Origin: an uncultured Oscillospiraceae bacterium
Lineage (GTDB): Bacteria > Bacillota > Clostridia > Oscillospirales > Oscillospiraceae
Assembly: GCA_964426125.1 (NCBI GenBank)
Contig: CAYROZ010000001.1
Span: 1 to 45,255, forward strand
Direction of reading: 5' to 3'
Length of the DNA stretch: 45,255 nucleotides
Below, piece by piece: positions 32,946-42,424 of the stretch. Each line of letters starts with the position of its first letter. Within the stretch, counting starts at the first letter, position 1. A model generated the notes under the pieces. The model saw nothing but the letters and a program-made list of their open reading frames with translations. It ran no database searches and was not told the DNA's origin. The translations under genes were made by a program, and so were the position numbers.

Positions 32946-34442
32946 ATGAGCGCATCAAAAGACAAGATCAATCGCAAACAGCTCCGCGAGGCCGGACAGG
33001 ACAAGCACCAGCTTGCCCAGGAGAAGGAAATGGCTGCCCGCCGCAAAAGCCGCTTGAAATACGGCATCGTTGCCGCGGTGGTCGTGGTCGTGTTCGCCTT
33101 CATCTTCCTGTTCAACTCCGCTCTGCCGAGCCGGAATCTGACCGGTGTTACCATCGACGGACAGGATTACTCCGTTGCGCAGCTGAACTACTACTACTCC
33201 AACAGCTACCAGAACTTCTACAGCACCTACTATCAGTACCTGCAGTATGGTCTGTTCTTCGACACCAGCATCAGCCTCGGCGACCAGCAGTATTCCGAGG
33301 ATATGACCTGGCGCGAGTACTTCCTTGACCAGGCCGTGGAGAACATGAAGCAGGTGCAGGCGCTGTGTGCCGCCGGCGAGGCTGCGGGCTTTGAGCTGGA
33401 CGAGGAGCATCAGGCCGAGTATGACGAGGCCGTCGCAAGCCTTGAGACCAGCTGGCAGACCAACGGCTACTCCAGTCTCAAGCAGTTTTTGAATCTGGTC
33501 TACGGCAAGGGCGTGGACGAGCAGATGGTCAAGGACGAGATGTACCGCAGCGTGTACGCCTCCGCCTATGCGGAATATATGTACGACAGCTACGAATACA
33601 CGGCCGATGAGCTGAGCGCCTACTACGCGGAAAATGCCGACCAGTACGACGTTATCACCTACGCCACCTATTCGGCGGTCGTGGATGAGGAGACCGACGA
33701 CGGCACGAAGGAGGCCATGGAGACCATGGCGGCGGCCGTTGACGGCACCGACGAGGAGACCTTCGCGGCGTATGTGGCCGAAAACTTCGACGGCGAGGAG
33801 CTCGGCACGAACAGCACGCAGGGCGCCAATCTGTCCGAGGCGTATGCCGAGTGGCTGCTCGATGACGCGCGTCAGGCGGGCGACTGCGAGCTGACGGAGA
33901 GCAACGGCATGAGCTATGTTGTGATGTTCCTGGGCCGCGAGGACAACCAGTATAAAACGCGCGCGTTCCGCCACATCCTTGTGATGGCGGAGGACACCAA
34001 CGGCGACGAAGTCCTCTCCACGGAGGAAGTGCAGGAGGCCACGGCCCGCGCCGAGGAGATCTACGAGGAGTGGAAGGGCGGCGACGCCACGGAGGACAGC
34101 TTTGCCGCGCTGGCCAACCTTTACAGCGAGGACACCGGCTCGAACACCACCGGCGGCCTGTATGAGGACGTTTACAAAAACCAGATGGTCGCCCCGGTCA
34201 ACGACTGGCTGTTTGACGAGGCCGCGAACGTTGGCGACACTGCAGTTGTCACCTACAACGAGGGCGGCAGCTACGACGGCGCTCACGTTCTGTACTACGT
34301 TGGCGAAAGCGACGAGGTTTATGCCGACGAGCTGGCGGACAGCTACATGCGCAGCGAAACCGCGACCGAGTGGCTCGAGGAGCTGACCGGCGCCATGGAG
34401 TCCAGGCTTTCCAACACCGGCATCGCCGCGAAGAACTACTGA
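32946..34442 (+). CDS. Membrane-anchored parvulin-type peptidyl-prolyl isomerase (PrsA/SurA-like)
   Basis: Start at ATG 32946. Basic N-terminus followed by TM (YGIVAAVVVVVFAFIFLF). Chaperone-like middle region. Parvulin block FRHILVMAED...TGGLYEDVYKNQMVAPVNDWLF. Confidence 0.8.
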   Translation: MSASKDKINRKQLREAGQDKHQLAQEKEMAARRKSRLKYGIVAAVVVVVFAFIFLFNSALPSRNLTGVTIDGQDYSVAQLNYYYSNSYQNFYSTYYQYLQYGLFFDTSISLGDQQYSEDMTWREYFLDQAVENMKQVQALCAAGEAAGFELDEEHQAEYDEAVASLETSWQTNGYSSLKQFLNLVYGKGVDEQMVKDEMYRSVYASAYAEYMYDSYEYTADELSAYYAENADQYDVITYATYSAVVDEETDDGTKEAMETMAAAVDGTDEETFAAYVAENFDGEELGTNSTQGANLSEAYAEWLLDDARQAGDCELTESNGMSYVVMFLGREDNQYKTRAFRHILVMAEDTNGDEVLSTEEVQEATARAEEIYEEWKGGDATEDSFAALANLYSEDTGSNTTGGLYEDVYKNQMVAPVNDWLFDEAANVGDTAVVTYNEGGSYDGAHVLYYVGESDEVYADELADSYMRSETATEWLEELTGAMESRLSNTGIAAKNY

Positions 34443-34462
34443 TAATAATCCGAAACCGCAGG

Positions 34463-34490
34463 AGGCCGTCCATAAGGACGGCCTCTTTGT
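34463..34490 (+). terminator. Terminator after the PPIase gene
   Basis: GAGGCCGTCC-ATAA-GGACGGCCTC (10-bp perfect stem) followed by TTTG. Confidence 0.75.
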
Positions 34491-34520
34491 GCCTGTGCAA
34501 AGCGGAGGAAAGGAGTCGGG

Positions 34521-36335
34521 ATGAAACGGATACGATGGCAGCTGCGGCTGGTGGGGTTTGCACTTTTTGCCGCGGCCGTCTGGGCGGGGCTGAATGTCGC
34601 TGTGGACCCCTTCAACGCCTTTGGCGACGTGTTCCTTCGCTGGGACTCCTACACGCAGACCATGAACCCCCGCAGCAGCAAGACGGTTTATATCTCCCGG
34701 CATTTTGACGATTTCGATGGCTACATCGTCGGCTCGTCCAGCGCGTCGTCGTATCGGCCGGAAACGCTCGAGCGCTACATCGACGCCGATTTCTACAGCC
34801 TGTTCCACTACGGCCCGGACACGGATTACGACCGGCAGACCATTGCGTGGCTGCTGGAAAACGACCGCGATGTGAAGCATATCTTTTACGTTCTCGGGCT
34901 CAACGACGCCAATTCCATCGGCGCGGATGAAACCACGCTGACCTATCACCCGCACTGGTCCGTAAGCGGCGAGAGCGCGCTTGCGTATTACGGGAAGTAT
35001 CTTTTTGCCAACCCCAGCTACGCGCTGGACAAGCTGGCGGCCCGGCGCGCGGACACGATTTTGCCGCAGAAATTTGATGTGTTCGTGGCCGAAAGCGGCG
35101 TTTACGACAAGCGCGTGCGCGATGTGGAACCGATCGGCGGGCGGGAGGAGTATCTGCAGGCGCACGCGGAGGATTTCCCGGCGGCGGAGAGCGCCGCGCC
35201 GCTTTATCAAATCGACGCGTGCGTGGAAAATGTGCGGCAGATCCGCGCCCTGTGCGACGAAGCGGGTGTGGAGCTGACGGTCGTGATCAACCCGGCGTAC
35301 AGCGAGAAGCTGAAAAAATTCACGCCCGAGAGTCTGGAGGCGTTTTTCCAGAAGCTCGCCGCCGTGACGGATTACTGGAATTTTGCCGTTTCGCCGCTTT
35401 CGGGCGACCCGCGCTATTTTTACGACAGCGAGCACACGCGAAACGCCGCGGCGGACATGGTCGTGGCGTATATGTTCGGCGATGCGGAAAACAGCATTTA
35501 TGCCGATCTGGGCGTTTACTGCGCGCAGGGCGCGCCGGCCCAGACGGCGGCGGAGTCGGCGGCGATCACGGCCAAGGTCCCCATTTTGCTGTATCACCAT
35601 CTGTCCGAAACCGAGCCGGAGAGCGCCACGGTGCTGCATCCGGACAGCTTCGCGCGCCAGATGGCGCTGCTGGTGGAAAACGGCTATCAGGCCGTCTCGC
35701 TCGATGAGTGCATCGCCTTTGTGGAGTCGGGCGCGCCGCTGCCGGAAAAGCCCGTCGTTATCACCTTTGACGACGGCTATCAAAGCAATTACGAGCTGGC
35801 GTATCCCGTTTTGGAGAAATATGGGCTGAAAGCCGCGATCTTTGTGATCGGCAGCTCCGTGGGCCACACGCTGTATCAGGACACCGAATACAGCATGACG
35901 CCGCATTTTGGCCGCGAGGAGATCGCGGAAATGACGGCCTCCGGCCTTGTCACCATCGCCTCGCACACCTACAACATGCACCAGTGGGCTCCGTTTGAAA
36001 GCGGCGGCCGGGTGCGCGCGAACATTCTGCCGCTGGAGGGCGAGAGCGAGAAGGACTACATTGACTCGCTCACGATTGACACGGCGCTGCAAAACTGGCT
36101 GTTTAACGATCTCGGTCTGGCGCAAAGCTGTGCGCTCGCCTATCCGATGGGCCAGTGGAGCACGCTGACGAATGTAGTTTTGCGCTCGTGCGGCTATAAG
36201 CTCACGGTCACGACCGATGGTGAGCGGGTGAACACGCTTGTGGCCGGGCTGCCGCAGTCGCTTTTCTGTCTCGGCCGGCTGACCGTTACGCAAAACACCA
36301 CGGACGAGCAGCTTCTCGCCTATCTTGCGCAATAA
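34521..36335 (+). CDS. Polysaccharide deacetylase (NodB homology domain) with large N-terminal domain of unknown function
   Basis: SD GGAGGAAAGGAG. N-terminal TM. C-terminal NodB motifs VVITFDDGYQSNY, AAIFVIG, IASHTYNMH. Confidence 0.8.
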   Translation: MKRIRWQLRLVGFALFAAAVWAGLNVAVDPFNAFGDVFLRWDSYTQTMNPRSSKTVYISRHFDDFDGYIVGSSSASSYRPETLERYIDADFYSLFHYGPDTDYDRQTIAWLLENDRDVKHIFYVLGLNDANSIGADETTLTYHPHWSVSGESALAYYGKYLFANPSYALDKLAARRADTILPQKFDVFVAESGVYDKRVRDVEPIGGREEYLQAHAEDFPAAESAAPLYQIDACVENVRQIRALCDEAGVELTVVINPAYSEKLKKFTPESLEAFFQKLAAVTDYWNFAVSPLSGDPRYFYDSEHTRNAAADMVVAYMFGDAENSIYADLGVYCAQGAPAQTAAESAAITAKVPILLYHHLSETEPESATVLHPDSFARQMALLVENGYQAVSLDECIAFVESGAPLPEKPVVITFDDGYQSNYELAYPVLEKYGLKAAIFVIGSSVGHTLYQDTEYSMTPHFGREEIAEMTASGLVTIASHTYNMHQWAPFESGGRVRANILPLEGESEKDYIDSLTIDTALQNWLFNDLGLAQSCALAYPMGQWSTLTNVVLRSCGYKLTVTTDGERVNTLVAGLPQSLFCLGRLTVTQNTTDEQLLAYLAQ

Positions 36336-36339
36336 AAAA

Positions 36340-36399
36340 CCGGCGCAGCCGCGCTGCGCCGGGGAATCAAAAAGGGCTGTCCGGAACGGACAGCCCTTT
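36340..36399. terminator. Tandem hairpins terminating convergent genes
   Basis: Hairpin A is CCGGCGCAG-CCGCG-CTGCGCCGG (36340..36362), preceded by A6. Hairpin B is GGGCTGTCCG-GAA-CGGACAGCCC (36374..36396), flanked by A5 and TTTGCGTTTT. Confidence 0.78.
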
Positions 36400-36415
36400 G
36401 CGTTTTATGAAGTTA

Positions 36416-36844
36416 TCAGTCCTCGCAGTCGAGCTCAAGCTCCTCGATCTCGTCGAGATCGAACTCAAGCTTCGCGCCGCAGTTGGGGCAGGAAATGCAG
36501 CCGGACTCAAGCGTGTCCTCGTCGAAGCAGATGCTGTCGCCGCACTCGGGGCAGGTGACCTCGTAGTTGAAGCCGTCGTCCTCGTCGTCGTCATCATAAT
36601 CCTCGTCTTCGTCGTCCCACTCGTCGTAAACGACGCACTCGAGATCTTCCAGATCGTCGCTGACGACGTCCAGACCCTCGCTCAACTCATCGACTGCGAC
36701 GTCCAGGTCGTCCACGTCCAGCGCCAGATCCTCGAGAATGTCCACGATCTGGGCCAGGATCTTGCTTTCCTTGGTGTCGCCGCCGGCCAGTCCGTAGCCT
36801 TCGACCAGACCCTTCAGATACGCTACTTTTTCGGAAGTTGTCAT
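36416..36844 (-). CDS. Highly acidic protein with C-terminal zinc ribbon (CD1247 N-terminal-domain-like)
   Basis: 142 aa. Long D/E tracts (DEWDDEDEDYDDDDEDD). CPECG...CPNCG zinc-ribbon pair. Lies 44 nt downstream of efp. Confidence 0.7.
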   Translation of the reverse strand: MTTSEKVAYLKGLVEGYGLAGGDTKESKILAQIVDILEDLALDVDDLDVAVDELSEGLDVVSDDLEDLECVVYDEWDDEDEDYDDDDEDDGFNYEVTCPECGDSICFDEDTLESGCISCPNCGAKLEFDLDEIEELELDCED

Positions 36845-36888
36845 TGCAGAGACCTCCTTATAATGGTGTGTGTGTTCAGTGGTGTTTA

Positions 36889-37455
36889 TCAGCCCTTCGC
36901 GCGGCCAAGATACTCGCCCGTGCGGGTGTCGATCTCGATGCGCTCGCCCGGCTCGATGAACAGGGGGACCTTGATCTCCGCGCCGGTTTCCACGGTGGCG
37001 GGCTTGGTGGCGTTGGTGGCGGTGTTGCCGGCGAAGCCGGGGTCGGTTTCCGTGATCTCAAGGGTCACGAAGTTGGGCGCTTCGACGGAGAAGCAGGAGC
37101 CGTTGTAGAAAGCGAGCGTGCAGACCTCGTTTTCCTTCACGAAGCGGAAGCTGTCGGAAAGCTTGGTCTTGTCCACGGGCTCGAGCTCGTAGGTCTCGGA
37201 ATCCATGAAGTAGTACAGGTCGCCGTCGGAGTAGCTGTACTCCATGTTCTTGCGCTCGACATAAGCGTTTTCAAACTTGGCCGAGGGGTTGAACGATTCC
37301 TCACGGATGGCGCCGGTGATGATGTTTTTGTACTTGGTGCGCACGAACGCCGCGCCCTTGCCGGGCTTGACGTGCTGGAACTCGATGACCTGCATGGGCT
37401 GGCCATTCATTTCAAAGGTTACGCCGTTGCGAAAATCGCCTGCTTCAATAGGCAT
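36889..37455 (-). CDS. efp: Translation elongation factor P
   Basis: Start at ATG 37455 (SD GGAGGATATATCA). [19 protein letters not shown] loop and canonical length of 188 aa. Confidence 0.97.
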   Translation of the reverse strand: MPIEAGDFRNGVTFEMNGQPMQVIEFQHVKPGKGAAFVRTKYKNIITGAIREESFNPSAKFENAYVERKNMEYSYSDGDLYYFMDSETYELEPVDKTKLSDSFRFVKENEVCTLAFYNGSCFSVEAPNFVTLEITETDPGFAGNTATNATKPATVETGAEIKVPLFIEPGERIEIDTRTGEYLGRAKG

Positions 37456-37494
37456 TGATATATCCTCCAAATGTTATTTATTTTCCAACGATAA

Positions 37495-37523
37495 ATGATA
37501 CTATAAAAAGCTATATTTGGCAA
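37495..37523 (-). promoter_or_regulatory. Promoter of efp
   Basis: Minus strand TTGCCA (37523..37518), 17-nt spacer, TATCAT (37500..37495). Confidence 0.65.
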
Positions 37524-37538
37524 GCTTTTTTGCGTTTT

Positions 37539-38606
37539 TTACAGGATGATGAGCTGTTTGGGGGCTTTGGTGATGTCGATGCAGCCGTCGCCGTGCAGGA
37601 AAAGCACGTCCTCGATGCGAACACCGAAGCGGCCGGGGATGTAGATGCCGGGCTCGGCGGAGATGACGGCGCGGTCGGGCATGGGCTGGTCGTTGCGGGG
37701 GGCGGCGTTCGGCGCTTCGTGGATCTCAAGGCCGAGACTGTGGCCAAAGCTGTGGCCGAAATATTCGCCGTAGCCGGCGCTCTCGATCACATTGCGGGCG
37801 GCGGCGTCGATCTCGCGGCCGGTCACGCCGGGGCGCGCGGCCTCAATGCCGGCCAGCTGCGCGGCCAGAACGGTTTCGTACACCGTGCGCATCTCGTCCG
37901 TCACATGGCCCACGGCCACGGTGCGGGTCATATCCGAGCAGTAGCCGTTATACATGGTGCCGAAGTCCATGGTGATGAAATCGCCGGACTGGATGATCTT
38001 GTCGCCGGGCACGCCGTGGGGCATGCTGGTTTTCGAGCCGGTGACCACGATGGGGTCGAAGGAATTGGCCTCGCCGCCGAATTTATAAAGCCGGTACACA
38101 AGCTCCGCGGCCAGCTCCTTTTCCGTCATGCCCGGACGGATCACGCCCAGCAGCTCGTCCAGCGCCTTTTCCGCGACGCGCTGCGCGGCGATGAGGCAGT
38201 CAAGCTCCTCGTCCGACTTCGACGGCCGCAGCCCCGCGATCACCTGCTCGCCGCTTTGCAGCGTTACGCCGAGGTCTTCCTCCATCCGCTGCCACTCGGC
38301 GCGGCTCATGCGGTCGGCCTCCGCGCCCACGGCGGCAAAGGCGTTCTGGTCGAAGATGTGCCCGGCGAGGGTTTTGAACGGCGTGCCGGACGAGGCGGAC
38401 AGGATCTCCATATCCGTCACGGTCTCGCGCGCGGCTTCCTCGTAGCGGCTGTCCGTGATCAGCCACGCCTTGTCGCGGCCGATGATGGCGGCGCCGTCCG
38501 TGATGAAAAAGCCGGAGGCGTAGCGGATGGTGATGGGGTCGGTGAGCAGCAGCGCGTCCAGCGCGCCGAGATGCTGCTGAATTTTTTTCACGTTTGACAT
38601 AGACAT
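37539..38606 (-). CDS. M24B Xaa-Pro aminopeptidase
   Basis: Start at ATG 38606 (SD GGAGTG, 10-nt spacing). Creatinase-like N-domain. Metal ligand blocks FITMDFGTMYNGYCSDMTRT, HSFGHSLGLEIHE, EPGIYIPGRFGVRIED. Confidence 0.9.
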   Translation of the reverse strand: MSMSNVKKIQQHLGALDALLLTDPITIRYASGFFITDGAAIIGRDKAWLITDSRYEEAARETVTDMEILSASSGTPFKTLAGHIFDQNAFAAVGAEADRMSRAEWQRMEEDLGVTLQSGEQVIAGLRPSKSDEELDCLIAAQRVAEKALDELLGVIRPGMTEKELAAELVYRLYKFGGEANSFDPIVVTGSKTSMPHGVPGDKIIQSGDFITMDFGTMYNGYCSDMTRTVAVGHVTDEMRTVYETVLAAQLAGIEAARPGVTGREIDAAARNVIESAGYGEYFGHSFGHSLGLEIHEAPNAAPRNDQPMPDRAVISAEPGIYIPGRFGVRIEDVLFLHGDGCIDITKAPKQLIIL

Positions 38607-38613
38607 TTGAAAA

Positions 38614-39939
38614 TCACTCCACAATATTGATATCGATCTCGGTCCAGGGACCGGCATAAGAAACACCCTCAAAAACGGCGTCCTCGCCGTTCATCGTGAT
38701 GCGCACGCCGCGCTCGAGCCCGAGGCCCAGCACGGTGGCGGCCAGACTTTTGGCCGCGGCCTCGCGCTCGTCCGGCTGAAGCGAGGCGAAGAAGCTTTCG
38801 GCCACATCCACCACGCGGATGCGTCCGACCACGGAGCTGGAAAGAATGGTGCCGCTGCCGAAAAACAGCTTGGGAAGCCCCGGCTCGTCCGCGTCGGCCA
38901 GCGCCGCGAGCAGCGCGTCCGTTTCGTCCTGTTCAAAGGAGCTGCTGTCAAGCAAAATGGGCATGGCGGCAAACGAATCGAGCCCCGGCAGCGCCAGATA
39001 CAGCGCCGCGCCCAGCTCGCCCTTGGCGGTGGCCGGCGGGCCCACGGCGGACTTCAAAAAGCCGAGCGGCTCGGCCAGCGAACGGTAGACATAGCTGTCC
39101 ACGGCCTCGCCCTGGCACAAAAGCTGCACGCTTTCCACATCCGCCAGCGCCGTGAGCGAGTTGACGATCGACCATACGGCCAGCCGCTCGCCCAGCGCGG
39201 TTTCCGGCTTGTTTTCCACAAACGCGGCGCTGAGATCCACGGTGCATACGCCGCCGTCCGTCCGGCAGGACAAAAGCTCCGTGCCCTCCGGGATGGCCGA
39301 GCGCAGCGCCGGATCGTTCGGCCCGCGCAAAAGCTCCTCCATCACATAGCGCTCCAGCGCGCTGTCGTCGTCAAGGGAGAGGCTGTGGTATTCGCTTTCA
39401 AGCCACTGGCCGTCGCTGCTCGCGAAATACAGGCGCAGCCGCCGCGTGTAGGGGTCGGAGTCGGTGTCCTGCAGCAGCGCGTCCTCCGCGTCGAGCGCAT
39501 GAAACAGCGTCTCGCCGCCAACCTCGATGGAAACGGCGTCCACCTCGTCGAGCTGGCACAGCGTCAAAACCGCGGCGAATACCGCGGCGGTCTGGTCCAT
39601 GGCGGGCACGGTCAGAAACGCATCCGAAAGGGTCAGCGTGACCAGACCGGACTCGCCCGTCCACGACAGGACCTCCACGCCGTCCGGCAGGGCGCAGCGC
39701 AGCCCATCGGCTCTTGTGCGGCGCTGAAACAGGGCCAGCACGTCCTCGACCTTGGCCCGGCTGCCGCCGGACAGAGACAGCGTTTCCGTCTGCAAAAGCT
39801 CGCCGGGCTGCGCGCCCTCGTGCACGCGCCAGATCTGCACGCTGTCCGTTCCGGCGGCGCTCTGCCCGGCGCGCACGCAGCCGAAAAACAGCGTGCACAG
39901 CAGCACGGCTGCCAGCAAAACAGTCACAGTCCGCTTCAT
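38614..39939 (-). CDS. Lipoprotein with GerM-like domains
   Basis: ATG overlaps the kinase stop (ATGA). Lipobox LFFGC. Two repeated segments resemble GerM domains (LTLSDAF..., TVDLSAAF...). Confidence 0.65.
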   Translation of the reverse strand: MKRTVTVLLAAVLLCTLFFGCVRAGQSAAGTDSVQIWRVHEGAQPGELLQTETLSLSGGSRAKVEDVLALFQRRTRADGLRCALPDGVEVLSWTGESGLVTLTLSDAFLTVPAMDQTAAVFAAVLTLCQLDEVDAVSIEVGGETLFHALDAEDALLQDTDSDPYTRRLRLYFASSDGQWLESEYHSLSLDDDSALERYVMEELLRGPNDPALRSAIPEGTELLSCRTDGGVCTVDLSAAFVENKPETALGERLAVWSIVNSLTALADVESVQLLCQGEAVDSYVYRSLAEPLGFLKSAVGPPATAKGELGAALYLALPGLDSFAAMPILLDSSSFEQDETDALLAALADADEPGLPKLFFGSGTILSSSVVGRIRVVDVAESFFASLQPDEREAAAKSLAATVLGLGLERGVRITMNGEDAVFEGVSYAGPWTEIDINIVE

Positions 39940-41327
39940 GGCCGTCCCTCCCTGTGGGCATAATACGGGAACGTGACAGTAAAGCGCGTGCCGTTTGGCT
40001 GCCGCCGCTCCACCTCCACGCTGCCGCCGTTGGCCTCCACGGCGTCGTGCACGATGGAAAGACCCAGACCGCTGCCGCCGGATGCGCGCGAGCGCGCCTT
40101 GTCCACGCGGTAGAAGCGGTCGAACACGGTTTCAAGATCCTGTTCGGGAATGCCGATGCCGGTGTCCTCCACGAGGAAGCGGACCACGGTTTCCTGCCGC
40201 CGGAGCGTGAGCGTGACCGAGCCGCCGGAGAGGTTATATTTGATGCCGTTTTCGACCAGGTTGAAGATGATCTGATACAGATCGTCCGCCGAGGCCAGAA
40301 CGGTGCAGTCGTCGCCCAGATCGGTCACGATGGACACGCTCTGCGCGTCCGCCAGCGGCTGCAGAAGATGCATCGTGCGCCGCGCCACGGCCGCCACATC
40401 CACGCACTCGCGCCGGGTCTGCGTGGCGCCGGCGTCAAGCTTTGTCAGGCACATGAGCTTTTCCGTGGTGCGCTGCAGGCGCTCGGCCTCGGAGCCGATG
40501 TCGGAGGCAAATTCCCGCATGGTCGCGGGGTCCATCTCGCCGGACTGCGTGATGGAGTCGGACAGCAGCCGAATGGCCGCCAGCGGGGTGCGCAGCTCAT
40601 GGCTTGCGTCGGACACAAAGCGGCGGCGGGCCTCCTCCGTGGCCTCCAGCCGGCCCGTGAGGATGTTGAACTCCTCGCTCAGCTCCGTCACCTCGTCCGA
40701 GCCGTGGACCTTGATGCGGTAGGCGTAGTCGCCGCCCTCCACCACCCGCACGGCGGCGGCCAGACGCTTGATGCGCCGTGTGAGCGTGGTGGCCATGATG
40801 GCGATCAGCAGCAGACCAAGCCCGCCGATGGCCAGCGAAACATAGCCCAGATTGCGCTGCAGGCCCGTGATGTAAGCGCCCTGCTCGGCGTCGTATTCAT
40901 ACAGATACACGCAGCCCATCACGCCGCCGCCGGAGGATACGACCGGCATGGCCGCGCGGCTGGTGAAAACGCCGCCCTGAAAGCCGTAGGACGAGACCGC
41001 ATTTCCGGCCAGCGCGTCCGAAATCTCCCGCAAAAGCGCCCAGCGGCCCACGGCGCTGTCCTCTGCGGAGGAGTCGTACAGGATCAGCCCGGAAGCGTCG
41101 GTCACAAGAATGCGCGTCAGCGGCATCACGTCGATCAGCTCCATGACCTGCTCCACGCCCTCGGCGGAGAGCGATTCCAGCGCGGAAAGCGAGCTGGACA
41201 TCACGGCGGCCTGCGACTGCATGGAGGTCTTTTTGGACCGCAGAACCAGGTCGCGGCTGGCGATGATGGGGTAGGAGTTGACCAGCAGGATCAAAATGGC
41301 CAGCAGCAGCGCGAACACCGCGATCAT
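39936..41327 (-). CDS. Sensor histidine kinase (WalK/VicK-like)
   Basis: Two TM segments flank an approximately 140-aa extracytoplasmic loop. HAMP region. H-box FVSDASHELRTPLAAI. ATP-binding boxes NLVENGIKYN, DTGIGI, GGSGLGLSIV. ATG 41327 has no obvious SD. Confidence 0.9.
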   Translation of the reverse strand: MIAVFALLLAILILLVNSYPIIASRDLVLRSKKTSMQSQAAVMSSSLSALESLSAEGVEQVMELIDVMPLTRILVTDASGLILYDSSAEDSAVGRWALLREISDALAGNAVSSYGFQGGVFTSRAAMPVVSSGGGVMGCVYLYEYDAEQGAYITGLQRNLGYVSLAIGGLGLLLIAIMATTLTRRIKRLAAAVRVVEGGDYAYRIKVHGSDEVTELSEEFNILTGRLEATEEARRRFVSDASHELRTPLAAIRLLSDSITQSGEMDPATMREFASDIGSEAERLQRTTEKLMCLTKLDAGATQTRRECVDVAAVARRTMHLLQPLADAQSVSIVTDLGDDCTVLASADDLYQIIFNLVENGIKYNLSGGSVTLTLRRQETVVRFLVEDTGIGIPEQDLETVFDRFYRVDKARSRASGGSGLGLSIVHDAVEANGGSVEVERRQPNGTRFTVTFPYYAHREGRP

Positions 41328-41361
41328 CTTGGTGCGGACGGAAACGATATGTCGTTTTTTC

Positions 41362-42054
41362 TCAGTCCTTGAAATAGTAACCCACGCCCCACTTCGTGAT
41401 GATGTATTCCGGCTCGGCCGGGTTGTGCTCCAGCTTTTCGCGCAGTCGGCGGATGTGCACGTCCACGGTGCGGATGTCGCCCTGGTAGTCGTAGCCCCAG
41501 ACCAGATCGAGCAGATTTTCGCGCGAATACACCTTGCCGGGGTTTCGCATGAGCAGCTCCGCCAGATCGAATTCCTTCACGGTCAGCTCCACGGTTTTGC
41601 CGTCCACCAGCGCGCGGCGGCGGTCGGGATCGATGGTGATGTGGCCGCGGGTCATGGCGTTTGACTCGTTCTCCGGCGCGGCCTGCGCGCTTTGCATGGA
41701 GCTGCGGCGCAAAAGCGCGCGCACACGGGCCTTGAGCTCAAGGATGTTGAAGGGCTTGGTGATGTAGTCGTCCGCGCCGTATTCAAAGCCGATGAGCTTG
41801 TCCGTGTCCTCGCTTTTCGCTGTGAGCATGATGACGGGCACAGTGGAAAATTCGCGGATCTGCATACAGGCGGAAAGCCCGTCGAGCTTTGGCATCATCA
41901 AATCGAGGATGATCAGCCCGTAGCCGCCCGTGCGCGCCATGGAAACGGCGGTTTCGCCGTCGTAGCAGCCGTCCACCTCGTAGCCTTCGTTTTCCAGATT
42001 GAATTTTATTCCCTTCACGAGCAGCTGCTCGTCGTCCACGACCAGTATTTTCAT
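41362..42054 (-). CDS. OmpR-family response regulator (WalR/VicR-like)
   Basis: MKILVVDDE, LIILDLMMP, IMLTAK. C-terminal winged helix (ITKWGVGYYF). ATG overlaps the comEA stop. Confidence 0.93.
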   Translation of the reverse strand: MKILVVDDEQLLVKGIKFNLENEGYEVDGCYDGETAVSMARTGGYGLIILDLMMPKLDGLSACMQIREFSTVPVIMLTAKSEDTDKLIGFEYGADDYITKPFNILELKARVRALLRRSSMQSAQAAPENESNAMTRGHITIDPDRRRALVDGKTVELTVKEFDLAELLMRNPGKVYSRENLLDLVWGYDYQGDIRTVDVHIRRLREKLEHNPAEPEYIITKWGVGYYFKD

Positions 42055-42395
42055 GGTGTCTCCCTTTCGCAGAAGATGTAGTCCTCCATGGCGGCCAGCC
42101 GGCCTTCGCCGATGCCGTCCACCTCCATCAGATCCTCCGGCGCGGAAAAGGGGCCGTTTGCCTCGCGGAAGGCCACGATGCGTTCGGCCAGCGTGGGCCC
42201 GATGCCGGGCAGCTCGGCCAGCTCGTCCGCAGCGGCGCGGTTTATGTCCAGCCGCTCCTGGGGTGCGGCGGTGGCGGCGGCGGGCAGCTCGCCCTGGGTA
42301 AAGGCCGCCTGCGGCACGGGCGCGGCGAAAAAGACCAGCGCGGCCGCGGCCAGAACGGCGGAAAGCACAAGCAGGATTTTTTCCGCTTTCTTCAT
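42051..42395 (-). CDS. comEA: ComEA-type helix-hairpin-helix DNA-binding protein
   Basis: N-terminal TM anchor. HhH pair LDINRAAADELAELPGIGPTLAERIVAFREANGPF...LMEVDGIGEGRLAAM. Confidence 0.85.
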   Translation of the reverse strand: MKKAEKILLVLSAVLAAAALVFFAAPVPQAAFTQGELPAAATAAPQERLDINRAAADELAELPGIGPTLAERIVAFREANGPFSAPEDLMEVDGIGEGRLAAMEDYIFCERETP

Positions 42396-42424
42396 CTTTT
42401 TCTCCCGGTGTCAGGATTTGTTGG

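Noticed and set aside
32955-36332. Very long antisense ORFs: the 1125-aa ORF here, plus 10219..12555, 23531..25450, 20847..22595, 42530..44059, 12615..14159, 16840..18375, 18429..20126 and similar.
   Set aside because: Their translations are Arg/Gly/Ala/His-rich low-complexity strings with no motifs. Each lies exactly opposite a gene with clear domain signatures, an SD and a sensible start. This is the typical stop-codon-poor antisense frame of GC-rich DNA.
41328-41375. The frame upstream of the kinase ATG 41327 stays open and reads ...KKRHIVSVRTK-M, which looks like a natural basic N-terminus. This suggests a non-canonical start (ATC 41348 or ATT 41375).
   Set aside because: No ATG, GTG or TTG and no convincing SD are present upstream, and the similarity to a basic pre-TM segment may be chance. 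I kept ATG 41327 but flag the start as uncertain.
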